From NCBI GenBank assembly GCA_965113315.1, contig OZ220363.1: a stretch of 64,000 nt of DNA. One strand, written 5' to 3'. This stretch comes from Podarcis vaucheri. Lineage: Eukaryota. Under the pieces are notes generated by a model that was not told the DNA's origin, did not search any database, and saw only the letters and a list, made by a program, of their open reading frames with translations. This document shows, one piece after another, positions 12,872 through 26,062 of the stretch; position 1 is the first letter of the stretch; each line of letters starts with the position of its first letter. Made by a program: the position numbers and the translations under genes.

Positions 12872-13548
12872 CTTATTTAGTGGCAAAGCAAAAAACAAAC
12901 AAACAAAAACACCCAGGCAAGCTATTTGTTAACAAAAAAGATAACTGGAATAAATCTTTAAAATAGAATCACTTTTCAATAATATAACAATGGCGTTTGC
13001 TTAGCACTTGGGAAACTCTGCTTAACAAAAAATAATGTGATACTACTCCACCTCCATATCCCAAGCCTCTCACAGCTAACCTGTGAACAGACTCTGTCCC
13101 CAAAAGGTAATGAGAATTTCTTATCAGTGCAATGCTGTACAGGGCTAATAACAGGTTTTAGACACAGGCATAATAATGCTGCCCTTCATCTTAAACCTCA
13201 AGTTCCAGTGTCTAAAGATTCAAGTGAAACTACAACTTCACGTACAACGGAGATGTGGCTGGGAGCACTAGGAACAGCTTCCTAGAGAGAATAGCCTCCA
13301 GAGAGATTGGTTACAGAGGGTTCTGCCAGCAAGGAATATCAGGGGAAGGGAAAAAAATCAAGGAGCCAGGAAGTTCGCCATTCTAAATCAGTTCCCACTT
13401 CTAAAATATATAATTTTGTTAATCAGAATGGAATATTTAACCTTGCATTTAAAAGCATGGAGCTGTGAGCCCAGGGGCTAGAAATCCGAATGTAGAAACA
13501 GCCAAATCTTCTTGTGAATACATTATTTCTTTCCTATTTTATAGTTAC

Positions 13549-13638
13549 CTCGTTGGCTTTTGCGGATTCTGGCCCAGATGCAATGGCTGCTGTGGGAAAC
13601 GATGACTTCTCTCTCAGCCGTTTTATTGTGTCAAACAT
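13549..13638 (-). CDS. UBR1: UBR1 exon 28 (90 nt)
   Basis: MFDTIKRLREKSSFPTAAIASGPESAKANE. Confidence 0.92.
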
Positions 13639-14180
13639 CTGAGAACAGAGATTTAATAGTTACAATACTAATAGACTGTGATAATTCTATATTTCCAAGC
13701 CACATTATGGTTTGCTCCATGAAAGAAGGCATGATGGACAAGATATACCCCATTAGCAGCAGCACCAATATTAAACACAATCAATACCATTTGTTACCAT
13801 CTTTACGTTGGGAAAAGAATACCTTTATTCACTTTTCTCTATTCAGTCTCTACAAAGACAACAGGTAATAATGGTGTGTACAAATGGAGCTGCTCAGTGT
13901 ACAAAAAAGTATACAGTTATAAAATGGCTTTAACAATTATGTACTTTTTTGTATAGGCTATTCAAAAATGTCTTGCCTGTGGTATTTATTATTAATGTAT
14001 ACAGCTTATATAATAAAAAAAATCTAAAGCATTTACATAAAAACAATAAAAATGCAATGTGCATTAAAATTTCCTGAAAACAAAACAAAACAGTATGTCA
14101 CAAATAAAACTAAGCAGTACACAAAACAAAAAAATTTAAAAGTAAGAGTCACAGTCCAGGAAAGCTTTGGTAAATATGTA

Positions 14181-14564
14181 GGTAAAGGTAATGGTAAAGG
14201 ACCCCTGGATGGTTAAGTCCAATCAAAGGCGACTATGGTGTTGTGGTGCTCATCTCACTTCAGGCTGAGGGAGCAGACGTTACTCCACAGACAGCTTTCC
14301 AGGTTATGCGGCCAGCATGACTGAACTGCTTCTGGCGCAATGGGACACTGTGACAGAGCCAGAGCACATGGAAACACTGTTTACCTTCCTGCCACTGTGG
14401 TACCTATTTATCTACTTGCACTAGTATGCTTTCAAACTGCTAGGTTGGCAGGAGCTGGGACAGAGCAAAGGGAGCTCATCCCGTCACGGGGATTCGAACC
14501 ACCAACCTTCTGATTGGCAAGCCTAAGAGGCTCAGTGGTTTAGACCACAGTGCCACCTGCTTAC
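14181..14564 (-). mobile_element. Sauria SINE with TSD AAATATGTA
   Basis: reverse-strand Sauria SINE; AAATATGTA at 14172-14180 and 14565-14573. Confidence 0.9.
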
Positions 14565-15094
14565 AAATATGTAAGCTTATGAGACACTTAAAAGTTATTA
14601 CGAACACTGCCTCATAAATTATCCAAGGGAGCACATTCTGGAGGATGTGTGCTATCGACAAGAAGGCCCATTTCTGCATTCCTACCAAGTGACAATTGCT
14701 GGTTGTGGAACAACCAGTAGTGTCTTCTCGGAAGATCTTAAAGATTGGGAGAGGCGGTCTACTGAGTATCCTGGTTATAAGCCAATAAAGAGCAACATTT
14801 CAGTAGCAACTGTTGCATATCTCATTTGAACCAGAACAGAGATACTGTCTTATTCCACTAAGCTAGTTTTTGTTAAAATCCCCCCTTCCACCAGCCAGTT
14901 CTATCACATGGATAAACAAGCATAAATTCATTATGAGTTTTCTGCAACAAAGAATGATAGTAACAACATTATCTGTATATGCTATCTTTTAAAGAGATTA
15001 CTTTATGCACCAGCAACATTCTGTGGAGTAAATGTGTCAAGTTCTTTTTTTTTTTTTAATTTAACACGGGACATTTTGGGGTTGTTGTTTTTAC

Positions 15095-15204
15095 CTGTAA
15101 TACCCAGTTGATCATGTCTTTTTGTGATTCCAAAGGTTGAATTCCTTTTAGTTTTTCCAAAATCATTAGTATGTTCATTGCATTCAAAGCAGAGCTTCCC
15201 ATTC
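15095..15204 (-). CDS. UBR1: UBR1 exon 27 (110 nt)
   Basis: [36 protein letters not shown]. Confidence 0.92.
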
Positions 15205-15958
15205 CTTTGCAAACAGATGGAAGATATTTTTTAAAAAAACAACCATACACGTTCTCTCGTAAAAGATCATCATTTCTCCCTTTTACTAATCATTATAATG
15301 ACTTAAAAGACTAGACATGGGATATTGTATTGTTACAACACCTCCTTATATCACAGATGATGCACGACTTCTTTGTCAATTATCGCTTTTCACTACTTTA
15401 CAAAATGATGGTGGTAACAAGCTACAAACAAAGCAGTATCAATGCATTGTGTTTGGTTCTATGTTTCATTATTTCTTATCAAATGTAACATAATCCAAAT
15501 GTTTGACTATGCATCTTCAGATGAAGGGCGGTATGTAAATTTAATGAATAATAATTTCCATTATAGCATGCAGGTAATAACTGCAAGCAGTTAGTTTACA
15601 TTGTAGTTGTAGTTCTTTTGAACAAGTATTCACCATCAAATGAAATTCAGCACAAGCTGGTATCTCAAGGGGCGGCTACAGATTAAACCTGGTAAGATAT
15701 ATTTTCCCTGCATTAATGTAGTATCTGTGGACAAATTAAGACTGAATAATTTTCTCCTTCCTTGTTTTAAAATGGTGTTTATTTCAAAATATTTCTCTAA
15801 GTAAGCATTTTTCTGCTGGAAAAAAAACTGTTGGTGGCTTTTAATATCTAAGATCAAGGGGTAGAAATTCTGCTTCAAATGTCTGTCGGTGAGTTCACAT
15901 TGCACTTCAGAAATAACTTTAAAATTAAGATTCGTGTTTTACAAGATGGCACACTTAC

Positions 15959-16058
15959 TTGATGCTTTGTGGTAGAAGTCAAAGGCCACTTCTTCCTCTG
16001 GAACCTTCTCCAACTGCTGCTTTTCTTCAAGTAGACCCAAAGCAAGAAGGTGAAGAAC
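15959..16058 (-). CDS. UBR1: UBR1 exon 26 (100 nt)
   Basis: [33 protein letters not shown]. Confidence 0.93.
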
Positions 16059-16119
16059 CTAGAGAAATGTAAATAAGTACTAAACCTAGGCTGCTTAGAA
16101 TGAAACACCCTCTGGTTAG

Positions 16120-16420
16120 CATAGGGCTGGGGACCATTTTTCAGCCCAAATGGCCACATTCCCTTCTAGGCAACCTTTCCAGGGGCCACTTGCCAGCAGT
16201 GGGCAGGGCCAGAAGCAAAATTGGGTGGAACAACAAATGCTAATTTATTCACATATCTCTCTCCATCCAGGCAGGCAAGTAGCATGATGAGCTTGAAGAC
16301 ACATTCTAAGCAGGCAAAACCCCAAAAGGAGGGTGTGGAATAGGGTGGAGAGGGGTGTTGCCTGGGGAGTCCTGAGGGCCGCGCAGAGACTAGGACAGCA
16401 AACATTTGGCCCTGCTCCCC
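16120..16420. mobile_element. degenerate hAT-like MITE
   Basis: catagggctggggacc..cagccc..ggccacattccc start and gagggccgc..ggccctgctcccc end. Confidence 0.5.
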
Positions 16421-16905
16421 AAGGTTAGCAAGGTGACCTGGGTTAGCAAGGTACCCAAGGTAACGTGGCCATGATCTGAATACCTAGATGTCTAGCACAT
16501 GATAGTAAACCTAAGGGCAGTGTGCTGCAACAGACAAATGAACTGTTGATCATCGAGGTGCTGTTGAGCTGTCCTGCAGAGACTAATTTTTATTTATTTA
16601 CTAGGGGCTGCTGCCCTTCTCTGCTCTCCTTTCCCAGCCACCTTTCCCACACACTTGACCCAAAAAACCTCTCCTTCTACACCTCACTCACGTCCTAGAC
16701 TATTCGCCCACAGCTCAATCCAAGCAATTACAGCCTGCAATATTCACCATTTTATGACACTAATGGCTGTCCTGGGAATGGCATGATGAACAGGGTAAAG
16801 GTACCTTAAATACATGGGGGAAACACATCGCTCTAGGGAAGAGCATTCCAAAAGCAACCTACACCCCAAAGCAGAAATCTCAGAAGATACAGTCGACAAG
16901 CATAC

Positions 16906-17060
16906 CATCTGGATCATGGCTTCTGTCCACAAGTGGCTTTCTAGCTCTAGTGCTCTTTGCAACACAGTTCTGAGAATATGCATCATGACATCAGAATTCA
17001 GAACGTTCACCACATTTCTGAAAGCAGCACTGAATTCAGGCGGAGGAGGCGGTGGCAGTG
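16906..17060 (-). CDS. UBR1: UBR1 exon 25 (155 nt)
   Basis: [51 protein letters not shown]. Confidence 0.94.
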
Positions 17061-18178
17061 CTATAAAAAAAGGAAACAAATACTCATGCATTACTAACTT
17101 CCTGGCAGTCTTATGAAAGCAAGGAGCATAGGCGTTCATATTTGGCTATAAGCAGTGGATGCTACTTTAATGTATCATACTTGTATGAAATAAAGTCCTG
17201 CCATATATGCGGCCTCCTGTAAAGTGCTCTGGTAGAACTCTCAGCTAACTGCAGCAGATATATGAACATATACTTTGGGTTTAGTATTGCCTCTCTCTCC
17301 AATGTTTGAGGCAGAATTTCCCTACTTCACTACTCAGAGAACTCTAAGTGGCAATGCTTGGGGACTGAATCTGGGACCTAATGGATGCAAAGCATGTGTT
17401 CTAACACTGAGCAATGCAATTGCTCAGTTAGAAACGTTTACATCTGAACATGCCAACTACAAAGTAACAGCATTTTCCTAAGCACACTGATACTGTTTAA
17501 CAATTTTATAACACCCTTTTTGGATTCAAAATGTTTTGTACTACTGTAAATCACAGGGCATTCCTGGAAACTTGTATGTTATTGTTTAACGTAGCACTAC
17601 ACGTCAGCTCCTCTATGCAAATTACAATATTTGTAAAGAAAAACTACAAGGACCAAGCAATAACTTAAGAGCTGAAGCATGAATAAGTGAAACAAGGTAG
17701 ACAGAAATGGCTCTGACCCCCATTTGTAGCAGTGGACAAGAGTGCAGGAAGGGTCTCCACCTCCCCCATGCTGGAGTGGGACATTAGTACTGATGGAGAA
17801 TATCTATATGCAATCTCACAGCCTAGGGCGCACTGCCAATACCGCAGCATCTATAGCAACAGCCAAGCCAATCTTAAGAAGCAGTCCTGTGACGAAAATG
17901 GATAGGTGATCCCAACATCTAAAGCAGATGTAATTAGTTTCTTCATCAAAATAGTAGCACACACAAGTGGCACAAAGTGCAATTAGTTCTCTCAATGGAA
18001 GTCACCATATATTGTACATTTGCAAATAAATGACTTGGCAATCAGTAATATGTTTACATTCTCTGATCTTTACGAGGAATTAGGATGAATCATTATGATC
18101 AAAGCTGTTTTTATTTTTTAAAAAACACTTCACCATCACTTCCTTGCACTTATTTTGTTCATTGTTCCAACTTTTTAC

Positions 18179-18227
18179 CTTCATCTCTGTTTTCTTGCAC
18201 TCTTCTTTTCTTTTCCATATGCTCAGC
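18179..18227 (-). CDS. UBR1: UBR1 exon 24 (49 nt)
   Basis: AEHMEKKRRVQENRDE. Confidence 0.92.
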
Positions 18228-19507
18228 CTGTAAGAAGAGTCAACATTTTTACTCTCAAGATACCAATGAGGTTTTTTGACTGAATGTATAGACAAAGAGC
18301 TTAGATTAGATTCCATCAAAAGCAATTAACGATCAAGTACTAGGAATTCTCTGAAGGCACAAAAAGGAGAACCTAGAGAAGAGACACACACACATATCCC
18401 TGAAAGCACATACTTGTTAAAAAGGCACTGGGAGTGACGCAATTGCTTGAATAAAGCAATTGCTCCCCTTTCCTTTTTGTATCTATCTATGAGCATAAAC
18501 TAAATCTTTTTTCTTTTCAGTACAGACAGGCATTTAAGCTAACAAAATTAGTGAGATAGTGCAAGGGTGAGGAACTTCTGAGTGTCAGCCTTTTTGCTGA
18601 GCGACAGGATGCCAATAGGATTCCAAAAAGATGCTTTACTAAATTTAATCTGACCCTTATCTAGAAAGAAAGAAAACGGTTTTTAGCAGCATTGTTTCAA
18701 AGTTCTGTAAATGTATAATTTTCACTTGGAAAATACCTTATGCTACTATGTAATGAATGAACACATTAGGATACCTGCACTCTAGATAAAGCATATATAT
18801 GAAGAAAATGAAATCTGAGAATCCGTGTGGCACATCAAAGTCAATCTAGACTCAATAAATATGAATTAAGCTAAAGCAACAAAATATATACGCAATTAGT
18901 TATTCCTTGAACAAGAATAATACAGGGGAGAAATAAACAAAAATGAGTAAAAGAGACCCGTGAGTCAAGCAGGGTTTTTCTTACCTCCACAACTTATACC
19001 CTCATCTTAAAAGACTCAGGGTACAGGCCCATGACATAAATATGCATAAAAATGTATAGTTGCAAATTTAGTCCGGCTTTCGGAGGGGGAAAAACAAATT
19101 CTGGGTATCAGGGATCTCTAAGCTATGGGATGCCAACAGGATTTTCTAGGCTCAGTACACTTTATGTGGCTTGAGCCCTCTGCTCCATCCACAATCTACT
19201 AGCAAGAAATGCTGCCTATGTACATTAAAACTAAAACAAGTGCCTCTATGCAAAATGACACGGTAGGTGGCTGGGATCTCACCAGCACAGGGCTTTGTAA
19301 TGTACCCAGATGCCCTACAACCAAAGTAAAAACACAAATTTTAAAAAGGGGGAAAGGACAGGAAACCTGGGTCTGAGACCCGGTATGCAAACTCCTGGTT
19401 ACTAGGTTAATATTGTTTCTTCAAAAGATATAATCACACTAATAATTGGCTGCTATCCACAGGGGCTGGCAATCTGCTATGTATTTTGGAAAGTGGTTTG
19501 TCTGTGT

Positions 19508-19764
19508 GGTGCCAGTGTGGTGTAGTGGTTAAGAGCGGTAGTCACGTAATCTGGGAAACCGGGTTCGTGTCTCCGCTCCTCCACATGCAGCTGCTGGGTG
19601 ACCTTGGGCCAGTCACACTTCTGTGAAGTCTCTCAGCCCCACTCACCTCACAGAGTGTCTGTTGTGGGGGAGGAAGGGAAAGGAGAATGTTAGCCGCTTT
19701 GAGACTCCTGAAGGGGAGTGAAAGGCGGGATATCAAATCCAAACTCTTCTTCTTCTTCTTCTTC
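19508..19764 (+). mobile_element. tRNA-derived SINE (Squam3-like) with (CTT)n tail
   Basis: tggtgtagtggttaagag A box, gggttcgtgtc B box, gtgaccttgggccagtcac CORE-like segment, (TCT)n tail. Confidence 0.8.
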
Positions 19765-19935
19765 CTGTCCTCTAGGGGTTCAGCGCTATGGATAATACTG
19801 CAGGGGGCAGGGGCCTCTGAGTACTAGGCGATTTGATCATAAGGGACATAGACAGCTAGGTTTGCGACAGGCATGCAAGCAACATGGTAACTTCCCCACT
19901 TGGTGGGAAGGTTGGTCACATCATGATTTCCTTAC

Positions 19936-20038
19936 CTTGCTGCGCTGTGTTTTGGTGTAATGGTAGAAGAATATATTGTACTCTCTGCGGCATTCTTCCT
20001 TCAGTTCATAGACTCCATGGCCTGATACGCCTGGTTTC
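19936..20038 (-). CDS. UBR1: UBR1 exon 23 (103 nt)
   Basis: [34 protein letters not shown]. Confidence 0.94.
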
Positions 20039-20149
20039 CTTTATTTGAAAAGCATACAAACGATGCAATTATTTTCAGCAAAGCATTAAGGAGAACACGC
20101 AATCATTTCATACACACAACATACAAAGAATCCTGCTGACTCCAACCAA

Positions 20150-20541
20150 GGGCCTGACCTTTAAAGCCCTAAACGGCCTCAGTCCAGTATACCTGAAGGA
20201 GCGTCTCCACCCCCAGCGTTCTGCCTGGACACTGAGGTCCAGCGCCGAGGGCCTTCTGGCGGTTCCCTCGCTACGAGAAGCCAAGTTACAGGGAACCAGG
20301 CAGAGGGCCTTCTTGGCAGTGGCACCTGCCCTGTGGAACGCCCTCCCACCAGATGTCAAAGAGAAGAACAACTACCAGACTTTTAGAAGACATCTGAAGG
20401 CAGCCCTGTTTAGGGAAGCTTTTAATGTTTAATAGACTATTGTATTTTAATATTCTGTTGGAAGCCGCCCAGAGTGGCTGGGGAAACCCAGCCAGATGGG
20501 TGGGGTATAAATAAATAAATTTATTATTTTTATTATTTTTA

Positions 20542-20602
<61 letters not shown>
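20150..20602 (+). mobile_element. L2 LINE 3' end with long (TAT)n tail
   Basis: encodes LTFKALNGLSPVYLKERL..RAF..APALWNALP (L2 ORF2 C-terminus); gccgcccagagtggctggggaaacccagccagatggg 3' motif; (TAT)n at about 20520-20602. Confidence 0.8.
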
Positions 20603-20604
<2 letters not shown>

Positions 20605-21177
20605 ATCTTGTCCACCATCCTGCTTCCCACAGTGGCTAACTAGATGCCTAAGAGAAATGAGTAAGCAAGAAATGAGGGCAATAGCAACCATTACTCAGAG
20701 GCATGCTGCCTCTATCCTGAATATCCTCACAATTCAAAGCCACAGGACATGTTAGGAATTTTGAAGGACAAACTGAGTGTGCACAGAACAGCACAGTGGC
20801 ATCTAGCCAGTTTAATTTAGGGTGTTCCTTTGAACAGGCCACAGAATCCTCTGTAACATGCAAGTTCCTTCCACAGACGCACAGTTCTTCGACAAGCTGA
20901 TTTGTAAAACCCTTCCCTCTCAAGGTAAACAAATATGAAAAACCACTACTGAAACATAGCGAATGCTTTTGGAATCAAATGGATCACTGCTTCAACACAG
21001 TTTTTAATTCTTTCTGTAAAACTCTGAAAGCATATATACTTCAAATGTCTGGCTTCCTTATGTGTGGCAAACACATGAGAATGTTCCTCTTCAACCTGGC
21101 ATTTGGCTGATTAAAATTCTATGCCTTTCAAATGTGTTTGTGGGAAGAGGACTATTGGCTTTGTTTTTGTTTTAGTA

Positions 21178-21417
21178 CAGTGGTACCTTGGTTCTTGAAC
21201 TCAATCCATTCTGGAAGTCTGTTTGACTTCCAAAACATTCACAAACCAAGGCACGGCTTCTGATTGGCTGAATGGCCCCAGAAACAATGCTAACAGCCAA
21301 AACACATGTTCGGCTTCCGAAAAACGTTCGCAAACCTCAACACTTACTTCCAGGTTTGCGGCGTTTGGAAGCCAATTTGTTCGTCAACTAAGCCTTTCGG
21401 GAACCAAGGTACCACTG
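21178..21417. mobile_element. Tc1/mariner-type MITE
   Basis: TIRs CAGTGGTACCTTGGTTC / GAACCAAGGTACCACTG; TA on both sides. Confidence 0.9.
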
Positions 21418-21565
21418 TATGCATTTTGTGTTCTCATTTTGTATTTTTCTGTTGTGAACTGTCCTGTGATCTTCAGATGAAGGGCGGCATACAATTTTAA
21501 TTAATTAGTTATTAATATGCTATCACTATGCTTTAACTACTGATTTAAAAGAAAGAAGAGCTTAC

Positions 21566-21618
21566 TTGAATATGGCCACTTTGTGGATGACCTTCTCCAA
21601 ACCAGTCTCATTGTTTTC
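21566..21618 (-). CDS. UBR1: UBR1 exon 22 (53 nt)
   Basis: ENNETGLEKVIHKVAIFK. Confidence 0.92.
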
Positions 21619-21965
21619 CTGTTAAAAACATTTGATATGCTAAAGTAGTAAGAACAAAATATATGTGGTGAAAAACAGTAAATTAAAAGCAAATCAAGCT
21701 GCCTAAGAACCAGTAGCCGATAAACATCTACAGATACCCAGATAAAACTGCATGTAGGCATTTGTCATCATGCTATGAATGCAGCAACAATTCAAATGAG
21801 AGCAAGGGCATGGGGAGCTGTGAAGCAGATTGTTATTAAAACAATCAAATTTTTCAAAATTGAAATGTTATTATGAAGGCCACTGTCTCTTTGCAAATAG
21901 TTAAAATATAATCATGTACTTTTAAGCTGATTTATCCAAAATGACATGGACACATGGAGCTCCTA

Positions 21966-22323
21966 AAGGTAAAGGGTAAAGGGACCCCTGACCATTAGGT
22001 CTAGTCGTGACCGACTCTGGGGTTGCGGCTCTCATCTCGCTTTAATGGCCGAGGGAGCCGGCGTACAGCTTCCGGGTCATGTGGCCAGCATGACTAAGCC
22101 ACTTCTGGCGAACCAGAGCAGTGCATAGAAACGCTGTTTACCTTCGCGCCGGAGCGGTACCTATTTATCTACTTGCACTTTGACATGCTTTCAAACTGCT
22201 AGGTTGGCAGGAGCAGGGACCGAGCAACGGGAGCTCACCCCGTCGCGGGGATTCGAACCACCAACCTTCTGATCGGCAAGCCCTAGGCTCTGTGGTGTAA
22301 CCCACAGCGCCACCCGCGTCCCT
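21966..22323 (-). mobile_element. Sauria SINE with 13-bp TSD
   Basis: CATGGAGCTCCTA at 21953-21965 and 22324-22336; (AAAGGT)n tail on the + strand. Confidence 0.93.
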
Positions 22324-22650
22324 CATGGAGCTCCTAGTGTACGTGGTTTTTTTGCAATCACAGTAATACTGAAGAAGTTCTGTGTATAGAATGGTGTGTT
22401 TTGTTTTTTGCATGCCTGCACACCCACCCACACAAGCAAAAGAGTTACAAGGAGTCTGGATTGTCTAAGAAAAGGATATTAAACATTTCTGCTGAAAGAG
22501 GAACACAAGATAGAGGAAACATCAAGTACAGGAGGAACTTGAGCTGTGTTTCAATGATAATTTTATCATATATGCCCCTGAAGAGTTCTGTGGTAAAGCA
22601 ATCTGTGAACCTTTCTAGATTAATAGGAATCAACGGAAGAAATCACTCAC

Positions 22651-22775
22651 ATCCTTGGGCAAAGATTTTGCGATAGCACTGTGAGCCATTGGTTCAATGC
22701 AAAGCAGATGAATAATTTCTCGCATAGTAACGTCATCTTTTGTCACATTACTGACTCCTGGCACATATCTTTCGC
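22651..22775 (-). CDS. UBR1: UBR1 exon 21 (125 nt)
   Basis: [41 protein letters not shown]. Confidence 0.94.
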
Positions 22776-24186
22776 CTGGAAGCAAAAAGAGGAAGAAAGT
22801 AATCTCACATATATACAGTGGAATACATTTTCATGCATGCAAGAGATCATACTGTAATGATGATGGTTCCTAGACTAAAAATTCCTTGAAAGCGGCATGG
22901 AGCGCTGCAAGGGGATGCATGGGCAGGGCTGAATATATAATAGGTTAGATAAAGAGGCCGAGAATAGTAAAGTGAGGTTACAGTCATACAAAATCTGAGG
23001 GCTCCTACACATACATACATACACACATACATACATATGTGTGTGCGCGCACACCCACCCACCCACCAACCTTCTCTGCATCCAAGCAAGCAAAATATAT
23101 CATCACAGTTCAAGAACACATTTCAGCCAGGAAAAGCACTTGGGAGGAGCGAAGACAAGCAGAGCCAATGATAATGATATGGAGAGAAGCCGGAGGATAA
23201 GACAAAGATGCCTGGAAGCATTTGCTCCATGGGCTGGAGGTTCCCCACCCCTGTTCTATGTCCTATCCCATGGGTGGGGAACTGGATCTAGCCAGTAGGA
23301 CAGATCGTTTTCTCCACGAACCCTCATGGGCCAAATCACCTTTTTCACATATGGAGTCTTCAAAAGCCCCTTTCAAAGCACAGCCTATCCCTTAGCTTGG
23401 TGATGAGCCAGCTGTTTTTATTTTGGTTTGGGGTTTTTTGTGTTTTTTTTAATTTTTTCAGTCTTCTCTCTATTTCCTGTTACTTCTAATGGTCCCATGG
23501 TGAATTTTCCTTCCATTCCTTCTTGATTTTGCTCTAATTTCGGAAGGATAACTGCCTTCTGTCCAAGCTAGTTTTGAAACCCCAGCACTGGATCAGTATT
23601 AAAAAATGTAGTACCCAAAAAGGCATTTAGTACAGTGCACCCCACCTAACCACAATCATAGCTGTACACATGATTTTCAGTTTTTATTGAAAGAAAATAC
23701 TTTTCATTCACTATACAAATGCTCTGTCTGCCATTGTCTTCCATCAGCCACTTCCAGAAGCCCATGTATACAGTATTCACATGTACTGTTTAAAGAAGTG
23801 CAGTGCTGCCAAATCAGTCAACAGCCACTGGAAACCCAACTTTTCACAATGGCATGTGCAGACTATTCAATGAGCTGCCTGTGCACACATCACAGCTAGG
23901 CTATTCCTTGGAGATACATAACCACACTGAATAGCTGAAGGTAAATCTACATATGGCTGCAAAGGAAATGAACCTTTTTAAGGGCCTAAAGAACCAGCTG
24001 ATGGTGGAAGAAGGGGGAAAAGGGACAAAATTAAAAGGTAGCTCATAATTAACCCAGATTAGATATGCCACCTAACACACTTGTGTTAAGTGTGATGGTT
24101 TCAGATATTAACGTTTCCATTACTGGAGAACCTATTACATATTCTAAACAACCTCCATCTTTTCTAAAAAAAACAATTTTCCTTAC

Positions 24187-24250
24187 CCACCACGTAGATA
24201 AGAACTTGAAGCATCTCTTCTATTAATGTGTTACACTGCTTATTCAAATC
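24187..24250 (-). CDS. UBR1: UBR1 exon 20 (64 nt)
   Basis: DLNKQCNTLIEEMLQVLIYVV. Confidence 0.93.
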
Positions 24251-24612
24251 CTGTAATATTTCAAGAAAGCACAAATGAAGTTCTTGGAAAATGTAATTAT
24301 GTGAAATAGTGAAGCCTGAGGTTTTCTGAAGCACTTGAAAGCATATTAAGCTGACTCAAAGCTTTATGAACAGAAAAATAACTGGAAAAATAGAGGGTGG
24401 AATCTAGTTGGTGCCCTTGAATTCACAGAAGGGCACATGTCTCTGAAAACAGGAAAAGTGGGGAGGCTATTTTTGCCAATTCCTGCTTCCCACAGCAGCC
24501 CCAACCGCCACCCAAAAATCAGCTCCAGAGTGTTAGGTAAACATGGAAGCAGCAGGGAAGCAGCAGAAAGGGCAAACTGCCAACCATCCCTCTCCTGTTT
24601 GTGAATGCATCG

Positions 24613-25045
24613 TGTAATGAATATAGGGGTTGCTCATGCATAAGTTGCCGCCACTCCTGGTTATGTTGCCTTGTTAAACCTTTTCTGTCTGGACAGCCCT
24701 TCACTTCGTGGCTGCCTCAGTCGCTAGCAGAATCCGTCAGTGGGTGTTTCTTAAACCTTTTCCAGCATAAAAGCTGTTTGACCCCAAGTCTCCACCTACT
24801 CTCCCTGCGCAGAAGACTTCTGCACAGGGAGGGTGTGGGTAGTGGAGGACCCGTGCTCTCCGCTGGTCTCCGGCGAGGAGTCCTGGAGCCCCCTCACCGA
24901 TTCCCCCATCTGCCCCCCTTTATCCCTGGTGTTACGCTGATTTCCTTCCCCAGCTGATGAGCTGCCTCTCTCCCTGCTGGGCCCTTCTCCAGCATCGCTT
25001 GAGAGCCTTGCCTCCACCTCTGGCTCCGGTGTCAGTTCCCTGACA
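24613..25045. mobile_element. solo LTR (433 bp) with 5-bp TSD
   Basis: begins TGTAA and ends TGACA; exact TSD CATCG at 24608-24612 and 25046-25050; GC-rich island in an AT-rich intron. Confidence 0.85.
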
Positions 25046-25399
25046 CATCGGCTGGGTCGAAGGTCCTTACATGACCACAAGGGCAGCAACTGGATTCCAC
25101 CCAGTATTTAAAAGTTCCCCCACCAGAACTCATGTCAGAAAATTAAGCCTACACACTGGGTGGAAATAATCTAAAGAAAAGAATCAAAGAGAAGGGAAGG
25201 GAAGGGATAAGTTCCATTTTTAAGTTGTAAAGCTGCAATAATTTATGGTATAGAAAGTCTATGTGATTTAAGAAAGTCTCTTCAGTGGAAATTACTGTTT
25301 TTAGCAAAATATTGCAATTTCATTGAAGGAGATAGAAACAGTGGGTTTCCACATGCTTATGATTTCAATGGTGAAAATTAACAGCACAGAGCTCTGTAC

Positions 25400-25501
25400 C
25401 TGGTCTTTGGTTGGCACAATTCTCTTAAAGGCATCAAGCAGTTCATATCGTTGGAGTACAAGCAAGAGGAAACTGTTTGGATCCATAAGTGATGCCCCAA
25501 T
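25400..25501 (-). CDS. UBR1: UBR1 exon 19 (102 nt)
   Basis: [34 protein letters not shown]. Confidence 0.94.
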
Positions 25502-25603
25502 CTATCAGAGATATATACATTCAATAGCATTAGAGAATAGAGAATATAGGCAACACACAACACGCTGTTACTATAAGGCCAAAGAAATTGCAAACATACT
25601 CAC

Positions 25604-25669
25604 CTGAAGGAAAATTATATCCTTATCATACATTTCTTCTCGACATTTAACATCCTGATAATAAAACAT
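25604..25669 (-). CDS. UBR1: UBR1 exon 18 (66 nt)
   Basis: [22 protein letters not shown]. Confidence 0.94.
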
Positions 25670-25705
25670 CTGAAAGGAAATAAAACCTTTTAAAACGTAT
25701 ATAGA

Positions 25706-26062
25706 GTGATATGATAGCCAACGTGATATGATAGCCATGTTCAAATATATAAAAGGATGTCACATAGAGGAGGGAGAAAGGTTGTTTTCTGCTGCTCCAG
25801 AGAAACGGACACGGAGCAATGGATCCAAACTACAAGAAAGAAGATTCTACCTAAACATTAGGAAGAACTTCCTGACAGTAAGAGCTGTTCGACAGTGGAA
25901 TTTGCTGCCAAGGAGTGTGGTGGAGTCTCCTGCTTTGGAGGTCTTTAAGCAGAGGCTTGACAACCATATGTCAGGAGTGCTCTGATGGTGTTTCCTGCTT
26001 GGCAGGGGGATGGACTCGATGGCCCTTGTGGTCTATTCCAACTCTATGATTCTATGATTCTA
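25706..26062 (+). mobile_element. CR1 LINE 3' end
   Basis: [46 protein letters not shown] (CR1 ORF2 C-terminus) and (ATTCTATG)n tail. Confidence 0.92.
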
